NCBI GenBank assembly: GCA_964187785.1
Contig: OZ076409.1
Location: 64,232,001-64,296,000 of the forward strand
Direction of reading: 5' to 3'
DNA from: Amphiscolops sp. MND2022
Lineage: Eukaryota
Length of the DNA stretch: 64,000 bases
Positions 35,277-47,677 of this stretch are shown here, one piece after another (position 1 is the stretch's first letter; each line of letters opens with the position of its first letter). The notes beneath the pieces were generated by a model. That model ran no database searches. It was not told the origin of the DNA and saw only the letters and a program-made list of their open reading frames with translations. The translations under genes and the position numbers were made by a program.

Positions 35277-36953
35277 TGTCGCAGGCTCCCGCCTGCGATG
35301 GGAACTGGTATCAGGTTGCCCCTGATACCTGCAACAATTTACCCGTCCCCCCAGGAGTGCTGCCGATCTAAGTCGCAAAGACCATCAGTACTTGAAAACA
35401 ATTATTCATTGGACGATTTGAACTCATTATTAGCTCAAACTTTTATCTATGTACAATTACGGACCTTAAGTCCATTCTCCCTAGTAAGACTTATAATCGG
35501 AGTTAGACTCTCAATGTAGTATATTTGTGTGAAATCTAGTAATTTTGCTATCTTATGGATCTATCATATTCAATGCATGTATTTAGTCATGTAAACCAGT
35601 AGTCAATTATAGTGAATGTAATCAATTGCGTGCAATTAGAATTAACAAAGCAGCTATATAGTTGGAAGGAATCGCGTTCGAATTGTCCCCCGCGTTGGTC
35701 AGTTCGGACGCGTTGTCCGCCAAATTATTCAACCAATCAGCTGTGAGCACTAGTGCTTTCTTTCACTCATTCGCCGCCATTCACGTCTACACGTATTAGT
35801 GTGGACCACCAGTCCAAGTGCTATACTCTATTTACATTAGCATGTTATATAAACAAATAGAATTCTCTGGAGCGGTGTTATGTTGCTAATTAGACATAAA
35901 AGGCGTACCGCCATTTAGCCCCCCCCACATTAGCTTTCACTCCTTTTCGTAGAATTAAGCTATTTTTAGAGTGATGTCACTGTTCTAATAATATCCCCAA
36001 GGTGATTTTGCCCGCATTTGATGCTATTAATAGACCAAACCCTAGAAAACGTCACTATGACGTCAGGTCCAGTAATCTAGTTTTATCCCTGTGATGATCA
36101 TAATTTTGCGTGTCATGAGGCGCTGATTATAAATAGTGGGGACCCGAGGTTTCCAGGAACACAATCGACAATCTGTTTGACCGCGAATACACACACAATC
36201 CATTCCAAGTGAACTCTCAACTCTATTCAATCTTAACGCATAGTCAATTTGCCATTTCTTGCTACTCTACTTAACTATCAATCATTCACTTGTTTCCTCA
36301 TTCCTTTAATATACTGTAGAAGCTCTAATATACTCTTAGTTGAGCTTAAATCTCTTCAATGCCTTCTACCAGAAAACAAAGAGCTAAAGAGAGACGCTCT
36401 AGGCAAATAGACATAATGTCTGATGCTGAGAACTTAGATGTAATGCTTGGATCATATCCGAGAAATGACTTAGAAAATGATTTTGATAGAAACGATGAAA
36501 TGGACCTAGAGTCTAATAGGACAAGAGCTGACTTAGCACAAAATAGTGAGGATTTTAGGTCACTTTTGAACTCCAACAGTAGAGAGAACAGTGAATCAAC
36601 TGTTGAAACTATGAGGCTTGTTAACTCTGAGGTCACTAAGAAAATCGACGAACTGAGGAGAGAACTTAATTCTCAGTTAGTAGATGCTATAAACTCAGCG
36701 ATCACAGAAAAGGTATTGCCTGATATCAGAAATATGGTGACCGGCCAAAGCTCATTGTTTCGGGAAGAAGTGGACCACAGGTCCAGAGGACTAAACAGGA
36801 CCTCCGAAGAATTAGGTAGTAGAAACGCTTGGAAAAGCAATTCAAAGCCTACTTTGGCTTCCAGTAGTCGACGAGACTACTTCAGGAGAAACTCAGATGT
36901 TTCTCAGTTCAGTGATGATGATCACGAAGAAATGATGACCAATAATCATGACA
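35277..36953 (+). repeat. E2 5' LTR (1677 bp)
   Basis: TGTCGCAGG..CATGACA, near-identical to 49870-51548. Confidence 0.97.
36058..36134 (+). promoter_or_regulatory. E2 LTR promoter: CRE-like TGACGTCA and TATA box
   Basis: TGACGTCA at 36058-36065 and TATAAAT at 36128-36134. The same pair occurs in the E3 LTR. Confidence 0.55.
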
Positions 36954-38072
36954 TGGTGACAGGAGCCAAACCTACCCCTCGTACGGTTCCTGAATTCCTT
37001 ACTGGACGGCCCATGCATTCCCGAGAAGAAACACACAATTCCAATTCCCCACGAAATCAATCCTCAGAAAATGTCCCTCCCGTCCAAGAGACAAACGTCA
37101 ACGATGGCTCAGACCCCATTAGGCGTCTCGCAGATGTGCTGGTTGGAATGAACAGCAAATCATCAGCGCAGACACTGATGGTAAGACCCGTCACCACCAC
37201 CACACTGACGTTTGATGGCAAATCGGAGAAAATTGAACTCTTCGAAGATCTTTTCCATACTATGGTAAAGATGCAACCCGAAATGACGGAAACCATGAAA
37301 ATCAACCACTTCCACTCTCTGTTGAGGAAAAACGCCCTACAAACTTTCCGCAACATCAGTACCGCTAATAGGCAGACTCTGGAAGATGTACTGGCAGTCT
37401 TTCGACGCAAGTACGTCAAACCAGAATCTCAGGCAACAGCCAAACACAAATGGCACAAACTAGTGTTTGACCCAAATACTATGAAACTGCCTGATTTCCT
37501 TGAAGAATTAAATCAGGGTGCGGAAAAGGCATTTGGAGAACACGCCCAGGCCATGATGGACAGCCTATTGTACGCCAAATTGCCTCCAAAACTCAAACGG
37601 TCTGTCAATATGGCTAGGCTTGAAAATGCGTCGTATGAGGAAATAGTCACTCATCTAGAACGCGAGCTTGAACTTAACGGACTTGAGGGAGGTGACGACA
37701 TTCCAGTACCTACAATGTCCACTGCCCCCACAGCAACACGACCGGGAACTGGCCTCCTTTCATCGGGTATTGACCCCAATATCACTTTAATTATTGCAAA
37801 AAACCCGGCCATGTCAAGGAAGACTGCCGAAAACTCAAACGAAACGAGGAACAAAGGCGCAACGAAGGGCAGGATACTAAAAAGAATATCCCAAATGTCC
37901 AACTTGCGGCAAAACAAATCACCCGGCGGAACGTTGTTGGAAAGGCGCCGGAGCCCACCTCAAGCCCAAAAACCTCAAACTGGAGGACGCCAAACAGGAC
38001 GAAGCGCCCCCCGGACAAAATGAGACCAAGGACAAACAGTTCACCTCTATATTAAAAAACTCAAAAAACTAG
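36359..38072 (+). CDS. gag: E2 gag, starting inside the 5' LTR
   Basis: 554-aa ORF from ATG 36359 with capsid-like LTFDGKSEKIELFEDLF..LRKNALQTF. Two zinc knuckles (NYCKKPGHVKEDC, CPTCGKTNHPAERC) appear after 1-nt frameshifts near 37790 and 37880. Confidence 0.9.
36954..36967 (+). other. E2 primer-binding site (tRNA not assigned)
   Basis: TGGTGACAGGAGCC immediately after the LTR CA. The identical 14-mer follows the E3 LTR. Confidence 0.85.
38063..38069 (+). promoter_or_regulatory. Putative -1 ribosomal frameshift heptamer A AAA AAC
   Basis: Directly before the gag TAG, with pol in the -1 frame. The same arrangement occurs in E3 at 53895-53901. Confidence 0.7.
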
Positions 38073-41000
38073 ATTTGCCACGACTCCAATTTAATGAAAA
38101 ACTTAGAGTTAGACAATATATAATCTCTGACGCTGCTAATGTATTTTATATTGAATATTATTCTTCTTTAAAGGGAACCTCATCGGCTGACTGGCAGCAG
38201 CAAATGAGAATTACCCCTACTCAATTTTGCACTTCGGACCACAGGTCCGACAGACTTGACTTGACTACGGACAATATCCGACCTATTCCATCAATCCCTG
38301 ACTATAACCCCTATTACATCGATCCGGACTATGGCATTGCCCCTACTGGGATGTACAAATCTACAACCAACACGAATTGCATTTCTATGCCAACTTTAAC
38401 AAACAACAAGCCGAAATCGAACCTGACTGTCCTGTGGCAGACGGGGCTCTCAACAATATTCTGACTACGGCTCTGGTAGACCAGTGGCAATTGGTACCCA
38501 ATTCATTTGCTCTACCACCACCACAGGAGCCCGAAACAGAATTCTACACATTTGGACCACAAGTCTCTTTGGCGTTAGCCGTCGAGGCACGATTTGTCAA
38601 CACTCTGGTCACCAGAAATGGCGAACCAGATTATGTACCGCTGACAACCAACCTTGGACTGAAATATAAACGGCGTATGCTCTACTTTCCAATGGATTTT
38701 GGCGAACTTACATTAGATGGCCTTGTAGACACGGGAGCCCTATCTAGCGCGATCCCTGAAGCTGATCTACGTAAAATCCGATTATTAGCCCCTCAGTCAA
38801 TTGTCAAAGAGGGCCCAGCACCCAACTTCCAAATAATGGTAGCCAATGGGCAGCTGGAAACTCCAAAGAGCACCGTCGAACTGAAATTTGAGGTCGGCGA
38901 TATAGAATTTCACGAAATTTTTATTGTAATGGAGAAACTCACAAGCCCTTTGATTGGTCTTTCGTTCTTGCAACGAAACAACACCATATTGGACATGAGA
39001 CAGGGAGTCCTAAATTTCCCGTTCTTCTCCATGCAATTAAAGACGGCGGATCACAAGTACACCAACGTCATGGAGCCTATCTGTACGCAGGAGGACATAA
39101 TCATCCCTCCCAACGATAGACACCTAGCCACGTTAACTTCGCAGATGTACGACGATACCACCGTTACTGGTATATTACAACCAAGCAACGCCCTCACTGA
39201 GGATGGGGACATCATCTTTTGTGCGGCATTGGTCACATTGACCTCAGGTCAAGTTGAAATTCATCTGAATAACTTCACTGACCACCCTTATACTCTTAAG
39301 AGAGGTTCGCATATCGCTAATTTCTCTGTCATGACCCCAGGACAGATGAAGTACGTCAAACCTGTTGACCCGGTGACCACATGGCACCTTTTGCAGGACA
39401 ATCCTGAAAATGCTGCCTTTTATGTTAGCAGCTTGATTAAATCTTCAAAACCAGAAGATTTTCGTGAGAACTATTGGTTTCCTACCCCGGAAGACCCTGG
39501 GGATCCACAACACCATACGCCTATACAAAAGCGTATTCTGACTGAGCTCTTGACTTTACAAGAGCTAGAGAAGCTTAATCCTCAGGATGACCCTGAGTCC
39601 AGACGACAATTCTTGACCAACTTTGATTGGACTGACTCTATGCTGCAACCAGACGAAATTGTTCGCATTGAAAACTTGCTAGTCGAATTTCACGATATAT
39701 TCGCTAGACACCGATTCGACATAGGCATGAACGAGGATTTCAAGGTCAAATTGACCCCAAAAGATGATTCCCCGGCCTATAGTCAAAGTCTACCAACGCC
39801 TATTAACCTCAAGGAAGACATCCTTGTGGAATTGGCACTGTTACAACGATATGGGATTATAACAACTCTCCCATTTTCCAAATACGCTAGCCCAATCTTT
39901 GCCCAAAAGAAACCTAACGGCAAATTGAGACTGCAAGTCGATCTCCGTAAGATTAACAACCTAATTTCGGATGATTATATCAACAATAATCACCCCGTCA
40001 GTACACTGACCGATGCTGCCCAACATATGGCTGGCAAAAGGCTATTTTGCAAGTTGGACTGCTCGCAAGCATACCACTGCTTGCAAATGGCGGACCAACG
40101 GTCGATTGAAATGTTGGCGTTCAATTTCGCCAGCAGGACATTTGCTTACCGCAGGTTGGCACAGGGACTCAGCCGTGCTTTATCAGCCTTTTCATGCTTT
40201 ATGCGAGAATATCTCGACAAAGTAATCAAAGCCGACCAATGTGCACAATATGTCGACGATATTGGCATTGCTGCCAATGATTCCGAACAGCTCATAAAGA
40301 ACCTGCGGGCCACTTTCCAATGCATCCGCGAGGCAGGATTGAAGCTCACAATGCACAAATGTCATTTTGGTGCGACAGAAATTGACTTTTTGGGTCGAAC
40401 GATCACGCCAGTCGGCGTACGTCCACAGCGACCACGAGTCCAAAATTTCCTTGAAAATACGAAATTTCCGAAATCAAAGAAAGCATTGCAGCGATACCTG
40501 GGATTTCTTAACTATTATCGCAACTATATTCCCAGGCTTTCAGAAAAATTAACACCGTTCTTTAAATTATTAAAGAATGACGAAAAAGTCCTGGTAACAC
40601 CGGACCTATTGGAGAAATTTACCGATATCAACAAAGCACTTGACCGCTGTTGTGAATTAGCACTTAAACAGCCACTACCGAATAAACAATTAGCTCTCAT
40701 GACGGACGCCAGCTTTATGGCCGCTGGATACGCAGTCCTAATTGAAGACGATCCGCAAGAGAAATACACTTCAACGAGAAAAGCGTTTGCTCCGGTAGCC
40801 TACGGGTCAAAGACCTTTAGTCCCGCACAATTGAAAATGTCCATTTATGCAAAAGAATTCTTAGCCATATTCTTTGCGTTCAAGGAATTTGGACATATCT
40901 TTTGGGGGACGCCAAAACCGGTAATTATACTGACCGATAACAAATCCGTCACGCGTTTTTTTCAAACAAAGATAATACCACCAACGTTGTGGAACGCGTG

Positions 41001-43106
41001 TGATTACGTCATTCAATTCAACTTCACAATAGCACACATTCCCGGTAAAAACAACACAGCTGCTGATTATTTATCGCGTTTAGAAGTTTCACCAAAAGAG
41101 AAATTAATCCTTCGCATTAGAGAAGATATTCCCACTACGCCAATTGAACTTCATGCCCAATCCGCGGGAATTAACGAAGAAGAACAAATCTTCTATACTG
41201 ACGATGATGATGAGACGGAAGAACAAATCTGGCAAAGGAAGAAAGAATCACGAGACAACCCTTCCAACCAATTGCCGGATATTTCTTTTGAAAAATTTAC
41301 CACTCATCACAGCAATTACCAAGAATTATCCATTTGTCAAAAATTAGCCAATATCAACACTGTGGCCATAGAGCAAAACAACGACGTCATTCTACAACAA
41401 CCTAAACTCAAAATCCAAAAAGAAGAATATTCTGAAACGATCTTGATACAAGACACAAGATATCAGCACTAGCTACGTCAGTTAGACCGGATGTCCATCC
41501 AAGATGAAATCATCACCAGACAGTATTATGACGAAACAGGAAACGTCAAATACAATCAAGTGCTCTTACCAAAACATCTGGTAAATGAATTGCTCGAATC
41601 CCTCCACGGAAAGGCAAATAGACACCGGGCATTGCAAAAATGTTACAAGAAATTCGTTCCAAATATTATTACCCCGGAATAGCGAAACTAGTCCGCAAGA
41701 GGGTTAATGGATGTGAAATTTGCATCAAAGATAAAAGAATTCAAAACGAGTTAATAACTCCTGAGCTCCTTAATTTGCCAGAATGGACCTTGGGTCCAGA
41801 AGACGCAATGCAAATAGACCTCTTGCCGAACCTCCCGCCGAGCGGAGGCTACGAAAATATTATTACTGCCATGGACGTTTTTTCGCGTTACCTTTTTGCT
41901 TACCCAGTTACTGACGCCTCAGCTGCAAACACTGCCAAGGTCATTATCGACATCATGACCAAGCACACTTATTTGCCGACGACTTTGATTACCGATAAAG
42001 GATCAGCCTTCACATCAAAGTTAGTAGCTGAAATAGCGCAAATTCTGGGCATTCAAATTAAATGTGCGACGACAAAACACCCTCAGACCATAGGGAAACT
42101 GGAAAAAACACATGCCAGTCTCAAGACTAATCTCAAAATGGCCTCAGGGGAGTACAGACGTCAGTGGCACAAGTACTTGCCGTTAGCAGTCCTAAATTAC
42201 AACACGTCTTACCACTCGACGTTGGGCTGTGAGCCTTCAAGGATATTTCATGGCCGTATACCATACAACATCCTAGACCACAATTTGGGGCTTAATCCAA
42301 ACCCGCAGGTCCTTCCGACCACGGACTTTGCTGAGGAAGTTCAACGCAGATCGCAGATTTTGGTCGATGCAACAAAGAAAAACATCATGCAGTCTTATTT
42401 GAAGTACAAAGACTATTACGACCGAAAGGCCAAAGCCGCACCTTTGAAAATCAATGATTATTGCTTTATTTTGCAACCTATAGCTGACCATCAAGGATCC
42501 AAAATCCCTTTTCGAGAATTTCGTTGGATCGACCCTTACATTATTGAGAAAGTTTTACCCAACGACAATTATATAGTGCGCAAGCTCAGTTCCAACAAGA
42601 CGCAAATTTTACATAGAATACGTCTTCGAAAATATGAGCCTAATACTGACTTGCAGGACGATCGCCCTGAAGGGAATTTGCAGCCTGACGATGAAATTGT
42701 CGTTCCTCAAGACGATCTCTACGTAATCACGTGGGAAACGAACTTTGGAGACTTGCAGTCTGGTCGACGTAATGCGACCTACGAGCAATCAACCGAACGA
42801 GCAGAAAATACGAACGATGCAGCTGCCGATTTTGAGCAGCCAGACCAAATACTGACCGATGTGGATCTGAGGTCCACTAGACGTGATGCGACGGAGGAAA
42901 CTCTTCCTGAGCGAACTGCAACCGATTCTGAAGATGAAACAATTCCCGGTGATGAAACATCATCAGGGGGGAGCGATACTATCGTGCCCGAAGTATCAAA
43001 AAGCGAAAATGACGAAAGGATTCAAGACAATGAAAGCCCTAGGGGAGGGAAATATAACCTTCGCCCAAATCCTACCCCCAATTACTCAGGAGAATACAGA
43101 TACTAG
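38063..43106 (+). CDS. pol: E2 pol: PR, dUTPase-like spacer, RT, RNase H, integrase (frameshifts near 38400 and 41630)
   Basis: LVDTGALSS; KLDCSQAY and QYVDDIGI; LMTDASF, KEFLA and TDNKS; QIDLL..TDKGSAF..GKLEKTH; KIPFREFRWIDPY. Confidence 0.96.
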
Positions 43107-43300
43107 TCAGAACATTCAATTGTTACATCCCATCTTTTCTCTTTGCCCATGAGGACATGTATTTTTACTGGGACCGCTCTGACTTTATTTTTTTATGCTG
43201 CAATTAATAGACTGTCGACAAAGCGACTTAGAGGAAGAACAAAGAAATAAATACAAATGCAGTTTATAGTTTAAAGTTTACATATGTACTGTGCGTACAA

Positions 43301-46300
43301 TCAGTCTCTGCTGCTACATTGGCGCAGGCTCTTAGCAGACTGGGCCACTTCGGAATCCGACAAAAGGTGCGTCGGACGCACATTCTTCTTCGAGTACTGT
43401 AAGGTACTGGGGGACTGCTGGACGATAACGGAACTGGAAGTACCCGCCTTGCTGGCTTTGCTCTGAAGTCTACGATCAGGATCCAACTTCGACAGAATCT
43501 CCGTCCTCCCGAAATTATCCAAACCCGACCATGGGTCATACGTGTCGCCAAGCGCGGTGCGACCGAAAGTGGACTCCATTTCGAGGAATTCGGAGATTGA
43601 GGCATCGCTTGTCACTGACTCGACTGAATTGGCCACTTGGCTGAAGTATGATTGTACCGGCAGTACAATGTCCACTAGCTTGCTGGTGGGATCCTCCGTG
43701 TTGACTGAGCTAAATCTGACTGTTGGAAGACTTCGAAAGGGCTCGTCAATGCACAGGCAGGCCAACCTGAAGCAACTCAGCAGCAAAGGACGTGTGGGCA
43801 AGGTCGTTTGCTCCATTAGGAAGTCGATTGTGTCCTTGATCAATAAAGTTGGCTGATCAAACTCCGCGAATTTGACGCGCAGTTCGTCGACGAAGGACAA
43901 GTACTCTTCCTGCGCTGGAGCCTCTTGTTCCTGGGAGAAATACCCACGGAGACGGAAGATGGTAAATAGCTGACTGAAACACTTTGTGGCCAATGAGAGA
44001 GGCAGCTTTAGGAGGATTTCCAAGTCAAAGCTAGCTAAGCCTTGGGCAATGTTCGTGGTAAAGTTAAAGTGACCACGCGTCTCCTTGAATAAGTGCGTCA
44101 CATAACTTCTCGCCAAACGTCCAAACTCCTCCTTGGCTTTCTCCTTCAATTCGTCGATTGACGTCTTCTCTCCCTTCTGTTCGTGCTGGTCAATCTCAGC
44201 TTTCAGCTTGCAAGCTTGGTGAAGCTTCACTCCAAACTTAGTCCTGTTGAGGAACACTGTGACTTTGAGGGCAGGGGCAGTTGTCGTGTCCAGATCCAGA
44301 ATGCTCGCTATGTCCTCCTCGACAGGCAAAGCAGTAGGAAGAACAACGCGCTTGCCCAACTTGCGGAGGTAGAGACAAAGCTGACGAAAAGAGTAGAAGG
44401 CCCTGTCACGTCGGCCACTGAGACTGAGGGAGAAATTGGTGGTATCTGAAACAGTAAACAAGTCATGAGGACGACCTACGCCATGAAGACCTACGGTCCA
44501 CAGAAGCAACGCCAACTAAAAGGGATCCAAGTTGGAACAGTCAAGCTTAGATTGGAAATTTAAAGAAGTCTCAGCGCAGTTCAAGTCAAATGATACCTAT
44601 AGGGTTACTGCGAAGCAATGTGAAGACTAAAGCACAAGAAAACTTAAAGTACTAACAGTCACGGACGAGCTTTCCAAAGAACTCTAGTTTGCAAGGGAAG
44701 AAATCATCGTGAATGATGGAGCGCTCAAAGTTCTGTGGCTGAAAGAAAACAGATGTTATTGAGATTTGCTCTACCAGTGACCACGAGGACAGCAGTCGCA
44801 ACTCGACCTACCTGATTACGGACTCCTTGCATTTGCTGCTGTGGTGAATGGTCAGAGAGATAGTTGATAACAGCCTTCCAGTTAGCCATCAACTCCTGGC
44901 ACAATTTCGGGACTGTCGACACGTCGAGCTTGCAAGTCTTTATGTCCTAAACGAAAACCCTATTTTACACCAAAACAAGTTTTATGCAATACACGGAGAA
45001 TAGACCGAGAGTCTTACGTTTGTCAATTCAGGGGTAAAGAGGGTCCATTCCATCTCGAGGCTTCCACTCAAGCAAACAACCAGATATTGCAGTACCGAGA
45101 AGAAGTCGATGCGCCCGAACACGGAGAAACTGTCCTTGTGCATCAACTTCTTGATTGCAATCTCGTCGAAGATGGTCGGACGCTGTACCCCATGCTTGGT
45201 GAGTGGTGACCGATCTAATAACTGCACTAGACCATGTGTAGCGCCGGAGCAACACACCAGATCAGCTTCAGTGGAGATCGCAGCTAGGAGGGTAGTCACA
45301 AGGTTTACCTCAGCCGACGTCCGTCCACATGTCCTACCGGTCCGTCGTAGGTAGACACGACACAATCTATCACCCTTCCAGAACCTGACGTGGAGCAGAA
45401 GGAAAACCCCTTGAGGTTCGAACTCCACAGCAAATTGTCCAGAGGTCATGATATCGTTGCCGATATTTGGGACGATCTGAGTGAACAGATGATGGAACAA
45501 CACCTTAAAAACAACTTTGGATTAGACCATACGAACACAACTGTCAACCCAGGCCTACAGTTCAAAACCTGAACAACAACTCTTGGAGTCCAGTCAATTC
45601 TATACAATACGGTGATGGGACTAGAAGTCATTTAGACATGAAGGGACTACTTACCGAGAGTCTTGTCGTGCTCCAATCGATGTCGCTGAAAATGGCCTGG
45701 TGGTTCACGGCCGCGCCGACTTGCTGCCAGAGACTTCGAAGGACCTGAATATCTCCAGACAGAGGCAAGAAACGTCCTAGTACGGAGATCTGCATTTTGG
45801 CGCGATTCTGAGGGGAAGGAGCCATGTAGTCTGCACCTGCCATCGCCTCGTCGTAGAGCGGCAACTTCTCCCCGATGTCCACCAGCTCGCTATTGATGAA
45901 AAGCGGCAACTCCAGTTGGAGCTGATAGTTAGAGAGCACTTGGCCGTTTCGTCCTCTGACTTGATATCTACGCCGTTTGGTGAGGGGATCTTCAATGGTG
46001 AGGTACTCGTACCTCCAGCGCTGGTCTTTGCGCAAGTGTCGTTCAGTTGCGAAATGTCGCAAGATTTCCTTCGGGCCTTTAGCTCGTATCGACACGTTGC
46101 ACTTGCAAATCTGGCAGTAGATCTTATGCTTATTCCACTGGGGTCGACTGGCCCCGACACGAACGTTCTGGTCCACGGCATGGACTCAAAGTGCTTCTCC
46201 TTCATGACATGGTCTCGGCCCATCCGTCTTCTAGGTCGCGCTGGACCTCGGGCTCTTGTTCGGGCTGAAGTGTGCTTCCTGGAGTGGCGTTGTTCAGTGG

Positions 46301-47677
46301 TGGCCCCATGTCTGATAGTAGCTAGAGTTTGCATTCCAGGACTAAAGGCTACGGGTGACTGAGGATCGGACTCGAAGTCCACTTGCCTCCTGTTACCAGC
46401 GGTTGGAGGGGCAGGCATCGCCACACTTGACTGGAAGTCGGGTTGGGACTCCGCCTCACTAGTCATCCCTGGACTAGCGTCGCCTCTTCGAGTGTCATAG
46501 GTGATGACAGAATCGCTACCAATATCTGTGTCAGTATCTGGACCTGACGTCGAGGCAGCACGCCTTCGAGGAGTTGCTTTCACGGGACTGCTCAAATTCA
46601 GTCTGCTTGCCCGCTCTACCACGCTGTTCAGCATCTCAAAGGATGCTCGGGCGCTCTCGTCTGCCACAATCCTGAGGATGCTGGTAATTTGATCTTGATT
46701 GAGAGCAATGACAGGATGCCCAGGATCAAGGCAGATAGGGTTTACTTCAGTGAAGCACTGTTTGATTATGACCCTGCTGGTACCTGACAGGGAGGAGGTC
46801 CTGTACGAGGTGGTAAATCAGGAATGCTAGAATCATGGCTGGATTCATCGCGGCAAGGAATATCACGGACCTTTGTGGGGCTATAAAGTGCTTGGCCCAA
46901 AGTAGACCGAACCATGGATCCGGTGTCGGTCTCCATCCCAAAGCAGGAATATTCATCGGTGTGGTACCGGTAGTCCATTGGTCCACGGTTGACTTGTGGC
47001 TCACCAGAGCCAGAGCCTTCAGCGCCTCGGCCTTCTCCAGGCGCAACTAGTTCACGAGAGCCAGACTGTACTTGGGCAGGTGTCTGTTCTGTAAACCCGA
47101 CGTTCTCAAAGTGGACTTGCCTTTCTGCACTGGTACCATCAGCTCCGAAGTCAGGTTTGGATGTGCTGAGGGCTTGCTCATCTATTTCGCGAAAGGTCAA
47201 AGGACTCTGTTCCACGGTAGCAGCATTGTTTGGTTCTACTGATGAATCAGTCTTGTCCAGGAAAACAACTATAGGGATGCTTTCTGACGGCTGGACTTCA
47301 GGGATCATCTCGTTCAGTGCGGGAGTTACAGCAACTAACTCGCTCACACTCTGCTTTACTTCAGCAGGAATCTCATCTGCGGGACTAGCAGGAATCTCAT
47401 CTGCGGGACCAGCAGGATCACGTTCAGCGCTCTCCAGCAATTCAGCTGTGCGTTTGATGTACGCATCACAGCTCTCCGAATCAGTGTTAGACGACAGTTC
47501 GATTACAGACCTCTTGTCTGCTGCGACTTCTGTGACTTCAGGCTCTGGAGCCTGTTCAAATGATGGCAGATCTACTTCCATCTCTTTAGCAACATTTTGC
47601 TGCGGTTGGCCGTCCATTTCTTTGCCTAAACGGAAAGAAATAAATTTTCGCGATCCACTTCCGCTAAAGAAATCCAT
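43301..47677 (-). CDS. E2 antisense 5-exon gene; BED-like zinc finger plus probable inactive hAT-transposase fold
   Basis: Exons 47677-45655 (two 1-nt frameshifts), 45503-45018, 44946-44812, 44738-44657 and 44445-43301. The GT-AG introns give a continuous frame, and all four positions are shared with E3. Confidence 0.85.
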
